64,000 nucleotides of DNA, taken from NCBI GenBank assembly GCA_965223415.1, contig OZ245002.1:1088001-1152000 (forward strand), read 5' to 3'. The position numbers and the translations under genes were made by a program. The first letter of the stretch is position 1. Each line of letters opens with the position of its first letter. Positions 56,616 through 64,000 of the stretch are shown piece by piece. The notes under the pieces are model-generated. The model ran no database searches. It saw nothing but the letters and a program-made list of their open reading frames with translations, and was not told the origin of the DNA. The stretch comes from Myxococcota bacterium. GTDB taxonomy: Bacteria; Myxococcota_A; UBA9160; UBA6930.

Positions 56616-57662
56616 ACCCAACGCGGACAGTGATGCGGCCTTGGGTCTGGCGGGCGGCGAGGGCGGTGAGGGCGGCGGGGACTTCGTGCCACGCGACGGA
56701 GCTGCCGACGACGGGCTGGAAGCGGCCCTCCCGGAGCAGGCGCAGGATGTCCGCGTGGGCCCGGGTCTCGATGTCGAGACCCTGATCGGGCGGGTAGAAG
56801 CCCATGCAGGCCCCGACGAGGGTGTAGTTCTGCATGTAGAAGCTCTTGGGGTCGATGGGCAAGAGGCCGCCGGCGTGGCCGCACAGGATGTGCCGGCCGT
56901 CAGGGGCGAGGAGGGAGCGGGAGCGCTCGCCGGCCTCTCCCTGGACCGGGTCGAAGATGCAGTCGACGCCCCGCCCGCCAGTCGCCTCGCGGGTGGCGGC
57001 CACGAAATCCTCGGCCCGGTGGTCGATGGCGACATCGGCGCCGAGGCTCTCGCAGAAGGCCTTCTTCTCCGGGCCGCCGGCGACCGCAATGACCCGGGCG
57101 CCGGCGGCGCGGGCCAGCTGTACGGCGGCGCTTCCGAGTCCACCCGCCGCGCCGTGCACGAGCACGGTCTCTCCCTCCCGCAGCCTCCCGCGATGGTGGA
57201 GCGCGTGGTGGGCGGTGTGGGAGGCCAGCAGGAAGGCCGCGGCCTCCTCGTCACCCAGGCCCTCGGGCACCTCCCAGGTGGAGCCGGCCATGCCGACGGC
57301 CAGGGGGGCCAACGCGCCGTAGGGCTGAGGCGTGAAGGCGACGGTTTGCCGAGCCACTCCTTCATGGTGGGAGCCGCCTCCACCACGCGACCGGCCGCCT
57401 CGAGCCCGGCCGTGTACGGACGGGCGATCGGCACCGGATAGCTGCCGCGAGCCATCGTCACGTCGGGCAGACCGAGGGCCGCAGCGGCCACTTCGATCAG
57501 CACCCAGTCCTCGAGGGGCCGGTCGGTCGCTGCGGTTCGCTCTCGGAGCCCGCAAAGGTCGATGGCCATACCCTCGAAATCGCTCGGCCGAAGCTCGTCC
57601 ATCTCGTGCTCGGCGAGCACGGCAGCGGGCTCGCCCTCGCCTTCCACGCGCCAGGCTTTCAT
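56614..57662 (-). pseudogene. NADPH:quinone oxidoreductase (MDR family) with a single frameshift near 57346
   Basis: MKAW..GLEAAG..WLGK in one frame, TVAFTP..VHGAAGGLG in another; one extra A in GGC AAA (A)CC restores the frame. Confidence 0.8.
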
Positions 57663-58849
57663 GCGGGGACCTCCACGCGCCGCCCCAGGGCGGCGGAATG
57701 ATACGCGGCGTAGATCACGCGCAGGACTTCGCGGCCCAGCCAGCCGTCGGCGGCGGCCGGCGCGTTCGTTCGGACGGCCTCGGCGAAGGCCTCGCACAGG
57801 CCGATCTGCCCCGCGGTCCAGTCCTCGTCGACCATCGGCGTGCTCCAACCGGCGCTCGTGCTCTGCTTCTCGATCAGGTAGGCGTCGCCCAGCACGCGCT
57901 CGTCGGGAGCGTAGGCGCGCAGGGCGTCCTGGGGGCTCAGGTTGCACTCGAGGCGACAGCGCGAGCCGGAAAGCTCCAGGCGGCTCTCCATGCCACCCAG
58001 GTGGTTGTCGCTTCCGTAGGCGACCGCTCTGGAGCCGTCGTCGAAGGCGATGACGGCGCAGCCCCAGCTCTCCACGTCCTGCCAGCCGTCGGCCACGAAG
58101 GCCGGCTCGGCGTCGAAGCCCTCGGTGCGGGAGAGATCCGCGACCTCCGCGGTCACGAAGGCGGGCCGGATCGGCTCGCCCCGGCCGCGCAGCCCCTCCC
58201 GGCGCTTCAGGTGCAGCATGGCGCCGATGGGGTGGGCACCGAGCCGGAGCAGCGCGCCCCCACCGGTGTGACGCCAGCTCTTCGCATAAGGAGAATGGGA
58301 GCCGGCGTGGGCCTCCCAGCCCCGCATCTCGAGGAGCCGTCCGCCGGCCTGCTCCAGCAGCGCCTCCATGCGCCGGAACGCCGGGGCGTAGAGCCAGTTC
58401 TCGCCGTAGACGAGCTGGACGCCGGCGGCCTCGGCCGCGGCGATCATCGCCTGCGCGTCCTCCTCGGCCACGCGGGCCATGGCGGCCGGGTCGCGCCCGG
58501 CGACGGCGGCGTCGTCCGCGTCGGCGGCCAGGTCCTGGCCGACGTAGGCCGCGAGCGGCTTGGTGCAGAGCACGTGCTTCCCGGCTCGCGCGGCGGCCTC
58601 GGCCAGGGGCCGGTGCTGGGCGTTGGGGACGCACAGGTCGACCGCATCGATCTCGGCCGAGGCGAGCAGCTCCGCCGGGTCCGCGAACACCCGGGCCACG
58701 CCGTGACGCTCGGCCCAGGCCCGGGCCCGCTCCGCGCGGGCACTGGCGACGCCGCGGATCTCCGCGCCGCTCACGGCGCGCCAGCAACGCGCGCGGGTCT
58801 CCGCCAGGAAGCCGGCTCCCACCACTCCGATGCGCAGCGCCCGTTCCAT
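57659..58849 (-). CDS. Gfo/Idh/MocA oxidoreductase
   Basis: IGVVGAG, GKHVLCTKPL, GGGALL. Confidence 0.88.
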   Translation of the reverse strand: MERALRIGVVGAGFLAETRARCWRAVSGAEIRGVASARAERARAWAERHGVARVFADPAELLASAEIDAVDLCVPNAQHRPLAEAAARAGKHVLCTKPLAAYVGQDLAADADDAAVAGRDPAAMARVAEEDAQAMIAAAEAAGVQLVYGENWLYAPAFRRMEALLEQAGGRLLEMRGWEAHAGSHSPYAKSWRHTGGGALLRLGAHPIGAMLHLKRREGLRGRGEPIRPAFVTAEVADLSRTEGFDAEPAFVADGWQDVESWGCAVIAFDDGSRAVAYGSDNHLGGMESRLELSGSRCRLECNLSPQDALRAYAPDERVLGDAYLIEKQSTSAGWSTPMVDEDWTAGQIGLCEAFAEAVRTNAPAAADGWLGREVLRVIYAAYHSAALGRRVEVPA

Positions 58850-58870
58850 CGCGGCGCAGCATAGCCGCGC

Positions 58871-59737
58871 TCAGCCGCGAGCGGAGGCTCGGGCCAGGGC
58901 GCGGAGCTCGTCCGCCGTGTGGCTCGACCCGTCCGGGCTCCAGCCGGGAGGCTGCAGGGCGTAGGCCAGGCGCTCCCGCCAGGGCCCGGGGCGCAGGACG
59001 TCGCGAGTCACCGCGATCCACTCGTGGAAGGCGATCCAGAACGGGTTGTAGGAGTCGATGTTCTTCGTGAGGCCGTAGACGACCTCTTCGTCCTCGGGCT
59101 CGAAGGTGCCGAACAGGCGGTCCCAGACGATGAAGACGCCGGCGTGGTTGCGATCCAGGTACTGGAGGTTCGTCCCGTGGTGCACCCGGTGGTGGGAGGG
59201 CGTGTTCATGACGGCCTCCACCCAGCCTGGCAGCCGATCGATCTCCTCGGTGTGGATCCAGTACTGGTAGATCAGGTTCAGCGAGTAGACGGACACCACC
59301 ATCAAGGGCTCGAAGCCGAGCAGCGGCAGCGGCGCGTAGAAGACGAGCCCCGTCATCGGCGTCCAGCTCTGCCGCAGCGCCGTAGCGAGGTTGTAGTGGG
59401 TGCTCGAGTGATGGGTGACGTGGGCGGCCCAGAGCGCCCGCACCTCGTGATGCAGCCGATGGAACCAGTAGTAGGCGAAGTCGAGGGCCACGAAGGCGGC
59501 GATCCAGGTGAGGGGCCCATGGCCCAGGTCGAACCGGGCGTGGGCGTGGGCCCACTCGTAGGTCCCGAGCATCACGCCCTTCCAGGCCAGGCCGACGAAC
59601 ACGCTGCCGATTCCCATCGTCACGCTCGCGACGCTGTCCTTCGCCTCGTGCACGGGCGCGCCCCGCCGGCGGGTCACCCACGCCTCGAGGAGGAGCAGGC
59701 CGACGAAGGCGGGGCTGGCCCACAACGTGAAGTCCAT
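58871..59737 (-). CDS. Sterol desaturase/fatty acid hydroxylase family (alkylglycerol monooxygenase-like)
   Basis: His boxes HRLHH, HVTHHS, HTE, HHRVHH; WDRLFGTF. Confidence 0.9.
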   Translation of the reverse strand: MDFTLWASPAFVGLLLLEAWVTRRRGAPVHEAKDSVASVTMGIGSVFVGLAWKGVMLGTYEWAHAHARFDLGHGPLTWIAAFVALDFAYYWFHRLHHEVRALWAAHVTHHSSTHYNLATALRQSWTPMTGLVFYAPLPLLGFEPLMVVSVYSLNLIYQYWIHTEEIDRLPGWVEAVMNTPSHHRVHHGTNLQYLDRNHAGVFIVWDRLFGTFEPEDEEVVYGLTKNIDSYNPFWIAFHEWIAVTRDVLRPGPWRERLAYALQPPGWSPDGSSHTADELRALARASARG

Positions 59738-59738
59738 G

Positions 59739-60344
59739 CTAGGCGACCTCCTTGCGCACCAGCTCGGTGAGGGCGGCCAGCATCGGCTCGTGGGACGCGA
59801 GTTCGCCGTCTGCCAGGCTTCCGAGGGCGGCCCCCTGCAGCGCGTTCACCGCCAGGGCCACCGTGGGTGCGAAGCCCGGCCGGCCGGCGGCTTCGGGAAA
59901 GAGATCGCGGGCGATCTGGAGCAGGTTGTCCCCGTGGCGTGCCGCCACCGGCGCGAGAGTGCGAGCCAGCTCCGGATCCGTGCGGGACGCGTTGTAGAGC
60001 TCGAAGGCCGCGTGGAGCCGCGGCTCCTGGAACACCTCCCAGAGCACGCGGACCGCCGCCTCGGCCAGGTCCTGGGTGCCGGCGAGGGCGGGGAGCCGCG
60101 CGCGAAACAGGTCCGTCAGCTCGGCGAACAGGGCCTCGGCGGCCACCGAGAGCAGCGCCGCCTTGGTCGGGAAGTGCTTGAAGAGGGCGCCCTGGGAGAG
60201 CCCGGCCCGGGCGCAGATGCGTGTGGTGGTGGCGCCGGCCCAGCCGTGGAGGACCAGGACGTCCAGGGTGGCGGTGAGCAGCTCCCGGCGCGTGGCGGCG
60301 CGGCGCTCGGGCTGGCTTCGGCGACGTCGGGAGGGCTCGGGCAC
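59739..60344 (-). CDS. TetR family regulator
   Basis: GWAGATTTRICARAGLSQGALFKHFPTK. Confidence 0.92.
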   Translation of the reverse strand: MPEPSRRRRSQPERRAATRRELLTATLDVLVLHGWAGATTTRICARAGLSQGALFKHFPTKAALLSVAAEALFAELTDLFRARLPALAGTQDLAEAAVRVLWEVFQEPRLHAAFELYNASRTDPELARTLAPVAARHGDNLLQIARDLFPEAAGRPGFAPTVALAVNALQGAALGSLADGELASHEPMLAALTELVRKEVA

Positions 60345-60369
60345 GGCCGGATCCTATCGAGAACTTCAT

Positions 60370-60387
60370 AAAGTGACAAGTCACTTT
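60370..60387. promoter_or_regulatory. Putative TetR operator
   Basis: Perfect inverted repeat aaagtgac-aa-gtcacttt. Confidence 0.65.
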
Positions 60388-60392
60388 CTAAC

Positions 60393-60710
60393 TTGATTCC
60401 AGGCGACCGGTACGCTCTTGCCGTGCGCCTTCTCGTCATCGCCGCCGCGGTTGCGGCCCTGGTCGCTCTCTTCCTGTGGACCGAGGCGGGCCGGCGCCTC
60501 GCGGAGCGAGCCGGCCTTCCGCCGCTGCGGGGACGGGCGTCCGCGGACGACCGGGCCTTCCTGCTCCGGGCCTGCGAGGGCGATCGGAAGCGTCTCACCG
60601 AACGGCTGGCCCTCGAGAAGGCCCGCTGGCCCGAGGCGAGCGAGGCGGAGCTCTACCGCAAGGCCATCCGCCGCTGGTTCCAGGAGACCGGGCGCACGGT
60701 GGGCCAGTGA
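60393..60710 (+). CDS. Small membrane-anchored hypothetical protein
   Basis: N-terminal TM, fills the gap between genes; start uncertain. Confidence 0.6.
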   Translation: MIPGDRYALAVRLLVIAAAVAALVALFLWTEAGRRLAERAGLPPLRGRASADDRAFLLRACEGDRKRLTERLALEKARWPEASEAELYRKAIRRWFQETGRTVGQ

Positions 60711-60711
60711 C

Positions 60712-62832
60712 TCAGGACGTGCGCTCGCGGATCCACGCCTCGATGGCTTCCGGGGCCGCCGGCCGACAGATCCAGAAGCCCTGGAGCAGGTGGCAGCCCT
60801 CGTCGCGGAGGAAGGTCGCGTGCTCGGTCCCTTCCACGCCCTCGGCGATCACCGTGATGCCCATGCGCTTCGCCATCGCGATGATGGCGGCGATCACGCC
60901 GCAGGCCGGATCGCCGGGGCGGATCCGGGCGATGAAGGACTGGTCGATCTTGAGCGTGTCGATCTGGAACTCGAAGAGGTGGCTGAGCGACGAGTAGCCG
61001 GTGCCGAAATCGTCGAGGGCCAGGCCCACGCCCAGCGAGCGAAGCGCCTCGCAGGTGCGCAGCACATGGGCTCCTTCGCTGAGCAGTGCGGTCTCCGTGA
61101 TCTCCAGCTCGAGACGCGACGGCGCCAGGCCGGTCTCGTCGAGGACCGCCACCACCTTCTCGACGAGCCGCCCATGGTCGAACTGGACGCTCGAGACGTT
61201 GACGCTCATGCGAACCGGGGGCAGGCCCGCCGCGTCCCATTCGACGGCCTGGCCGCACGCCCGTCGGAGCACCCACTCGCCCAGCGCGGGGATGAGTCCG
61301 CACGACTCCGCGGCGGGGATGAACTGGCCCGGCGGCAGCTGTCCGAAGCGCGGGTGCGCCCAGCGCACCAGCGCCTCGACGCCGATGAGCGCGCCGTTCT
61401 CCGCGTCGACTTGTGGCTGGTACTGGAGCGCGAGCTCGTCGTCCTGGATGGCCGCCGCGAGGTCGCTCTCCAGGGCCAGCACCCGTGCGGCGCTCTGATC
61501 GGCGGCCGGGTCGAAGAAGCGGTAGCTGCTGCCGCCCGCCTTCTTGGCCCAGCTCATCGCGGCGCCGGCGTGGCCGATCAGCGCGTCGGCGTCGTCGCAG
61601 TCCGCGTTGAACATCGCGATGCCAATGCTCGCAGAGAGGGGAATCGCGTGGCCGCCGACCTCGAAGGGCTCGGCGAGGGAGCGGAGGATCCGGCTCGCGG
61701 CCTGGGCGGCGACCCCTTCGTCCACGTCTCCGGTGAGCACGATGGTGAACTCGTCGCCGCCGAAGCGCGACACGTCCGGCGGCTCCACGCCGCGGCTGAC
61801 GAAATCGGTGGTGCGGACGGAGGCAACCAGGCGCTCGCTGACCGCGCGTAGCAAGGCGTCGCCGGTCGCGTAGCCGAGAGCGCGGTTCACGCGATCGAAG
61901 CGGTCCAGGTCGACGCAGAGGATGGCGACCGAAGAAGGCTGCTTGCGGCTCCGTGCCACGAGCCGCTCCAGCCGGGCGTGCAGGAAGGCGCGGTTCGGGA
62001 GCCGGGTGAGGCTGTCGAAGGACTCGAGGAACTCGGCCTTCGCCTCGGCGCGACGCCGATCGGTCACGTCCTGGATGGTCCCGCGCACCCGGTACTCCCC
62101 CGGCAGCGCCTCCGCGGCTTCGATGTACTGGTGGACGAAGCGGAGGTCGTCCTTCACGTGCACCATGCGGTGCTCGAGGGTCGTCGGCCGGCGCGTCACC
62201 ATCGCGTCGCGCACCGCCTTTTCCAGGTTCGGGCGCTCGTCCTCCGGAACCAGGCTGAGGAAGCCCTCCCAGCTCGGCGATGCGCCGGGGCTGGGCGTGG
62301 TCCCGACGAAGCGGTGGATGTCGTCGCTCAGGAGCATCCGGCCGCTCTCCGGGTCGAGCTCCCAGGTACCGATGTGGCCGAGCTCCCGGGCGACCTCCAG
62401 CTCCCGGCGGCTCTCGTGCAGATCCGACAGTGTGCTCTTCAGGTCGTTGAAAGCCGTGTTCGCGCGCATCAGGAAGCGCACCCGGTGCTGGACCAGCTGC
62501 CAGTCGAGGGGCTTCTTGATGAAGTCGGTGGCCCCGACCTGGAAGGTGCGGTCGATCGTCTGGGGATCGGTCTGGCCGGTGACGACGAGGATCGGCACGT
62601 CGGCCTGAGCGGGACGGGCCCGCAAGGCTTCGCAGGTCCAGAAGCCGTCCCGGCCCGGAAGGTTGAGGTCGAGCAGAACCAGGTCCGGCGCGCGGGCCTG
62701 CGCCAGGACGAGAGCCTCCTCGCCGGTCTCCGCGTCGACGATCTCGAAGCCGATGGCGGAGAGGGCCTCGGCGCCGATCATGCGGAGGACCGGATCGTCG
62801 TCGACGACCAGCGCCAGGGGTTTGCGGCTCAT
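60712..62832 (-). CDS. REC-PAS-GGDEF-EAL protein
   Basis: VVDDD/LLDL receiver, IGTWE PAS, GGDEF, EAL, DDFGTGYSS. Confidence 0.93.
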   Translation of the reverse strand: MSRKPLALVVDDDPVLRMIGAEALSAIGFEIVDAETGEEALVLAQARAPDLVLLDLNLPGRDGFWTCEALRARPAQADVPILVVTGQTDPQTIDRTFQVGATDFIKKPLDWQLVQHRVRFLMRANTAFNDLKSTLSDLHESRRELEVARELGHIGTWELDPESGRMLLSDDIHRFVGTTPSPGASPSWEGFLSLVPEDERPNLEKAVRDAMVTRRPTTLEHRMVHVKDDLRFVHQYIEAAEALPGEYRVRGTIQDVTDRRRAEAKAEFLESFDSLTRLPNRAFLHARLERLVARSRKQPSSVAILCVDLDRFDRVNRALGYATGDALLRAVSERLVASVRTTDFVSRGVEPPDVSRFGGDEFTIVLTGDVDEGVAAQAASRILRSLAEPFEVGGHAIPLSASIGIAMFNADCDDADALIGHAGAAMSWAKKAGGSSYRFFDPAADQSAARVLALESDLAAAIQDDELALQYQPQVDAENGALIGVEALVRWAHPRFGQLPPGQFIPAAESCGLIPALGEWVLRRACGQAVEWDAAGLPPVRMSVNVSSVQFDHGRLVEKVVAVLDETGLAPSRLELEITETALLSEGAHVLRTCEALRSLGVGLALDDFGTGYSSLSHLFEFQIDTLKIDQSFIARIRPGDPACGVIAAIIAMAKRMGITVIAEGVEGTEHATFLRDEGCHLLQGFWICRPAAPEAIEAWIRERTS

Positions 62833-64000
62833 GCGCCGCCGCTCCCGACCATCTGTCGGAGCTTCGCCATCGCGTCGGTCAGTGCCTCCGAGAGCTGCTC
62901 GGCGAGCTCCGCTGCTCCGTCGAGCTTCCCGCTGCGGGCGACCTGCTCGAGCTCCAGGGCGAGCTCGGACACCAGGCGGGCGCCGAGCTGGGCGCTGCTC
63001 GACTTGAGCCCGTGGGCGGCGCTGCGCAAGGCCTCTTCGTCGTCCTCCTCGACGCCGGCCTCGATCTCGGCGAGGAGCTTCTGGGCGGAGCCGCTGAACG
63101 TCTCGACCAGCCCCGCGACGAGGCCCGGGCGGCCCGTGCCCTCGAGCTCCCGCAGGCGCCCGATCACGGCGGCGTCGATGCCGCCGCCCCCGGCACGGCG
63201 GCGCGGTGCCGAAACGCTCCGAGCCGGGGCCGGGGCGTCGGAGCGCCAGCTCGCAAGAACCTGGGCCAGCTCTTCGCGGCCGAAGGGCTTGCTCACGTAA
63301 GCGTCCATGCCCGCGGTAAAGCAGACCTCCCGGTCGTGCCGCATGGCATGCGCCGTGACCGCGATGATGGGAATGCGTTCGCCGCTCCGGGCGCGCACGT
63401 TCGCGGCACGGATGCGACGGGTGGCCTCGATGCCGTCCATCACCGGCATCTGGCAGTCCATGAGCACCACGTCGAAGCCGCGCCCCACCGCCTCCACCGC
63501 GGCGGCGCCGTCGGCGACGAGCTCCACCTCGCAGCCGGCCGATTCCAGGATCGCGATGGCCACTTCCTGGTTGACGGCGTTGTCTTCGGCCAGGAGGACG
63601 CGCAGGCCGAGGGCTTCGAGGGAGGCCGGGGCCTCGGGAGCCGGAGCAGCCGCCCGCGCCTGGCCTGCCGCGACGATCTCGGCGGGAATGGTGAACCAGA
63701 ACCGCGAGCCCCGCGCAGGCTCGCTCTCGAAGCGAAGCTCGCCGTTCATCAGCTCGACGAGCTGGCGCGAGATGGCGAGGCCGAGCCCCGTACCACCGTG
63801 GCGCCGGGCCAGGGAGCCATCGGCCTGGGTGAAGGACTGGAAGATCAAGTCCTTCTCGTCTTCCTCGACACCGATGCCCGTGTCGGCCACGGCGAACTCG
63901 AGGCGACAGAAGCCCTGGCCCTCGTCCGGATGGACCAGCCGGGTGACGGTCACCGTCACCGAGCCTTCCTCCGTGAACTTCACGGCGTTGCCGACCAGGT
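62829..64000 (-). CDS. Hybrid histidine kinase (HATPase-REC-Hpt), 5' part outside window
   Basis: LVGNAVKFT, DTGIG, GGTGLGL, LAEDN..MDCQMP, AHGLKSSS. Confidence 0.93.
   Translation of the reverse strand, partial: LVGNAVKFTEEGSVTVTVTRLVHPDEGQGFCRLEFAVADTGIGVEEDEKDLIFQSFTQADGSLARRHGGTGLGLAISRQLVELMNGELRFESEPARGSRFWFTIPAEIVAAGQARAAAPAPEAPASLEALGLRVLLAEDNAVNQEVAIAILESAGCEVELVADGAAAVEAVGRGFDVVLMDCQMPVMDGIEATRRIRAANVRARSGERIPIIAVTAHAMRHDREVCFTAGMDAYVSKPFGREELAQVLASWRSDAPAPARSVSAPRRRAGGGGIDAAVIGRLRELEGTGRPGLVAGLVETFSGSAQKLLAEIEAGVEEDDEEALRSAAHGLKSSSAQLGARLVSELALELEQVARSGKLDGAAELAEQLSEALTDAMAKLRQMVGSGGA

Overview
High-GC bacterial window, probably from a flagellated Myxococcota/deltaproteobacterial-type genome (inferred from gene content only). 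Positions 1-2930 look like the end of an island integrated at the 3' end of tRNA-Arg(TCT). They hold IS21 istB and its right end inserted into a Cys-rich DUF6527-like gene, plus a coupled pair of a RuvC/RNase H-fold-like gene and a Ser/Thr kinase with a WGR-like tail (candidate defence system). Most of the window is catabolic: CoA transferase, LLM oxidoreductases, crotonases, amidase, P450, GST, thiolase. There are also four c-di-GMP genes, a partial hybrid kinase and tRNA-His. Notable loci: a MenT-like nucleotidyltransferase TA candidate with a palindromic operator; a UGSC-type selenoprotein split by an in-frame TGA (30117) and missed by the ORF track; a promoter-bounded structured ~230-nt intergenic RNA candidate (37875-38103); a BPI/LBP-like lipoprotein with a sigma54 promoter; and a Maf/nonulosonic-acid glycosylation cluster (42798-56489) with an SpsF-ThDP enzyme fusion, SDR, ATP-grasp, GH57/deacetylase-like, methyltransferase, radical SAM and GT2 genes. 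All calls come from motif recognition by eye; no searches were run.
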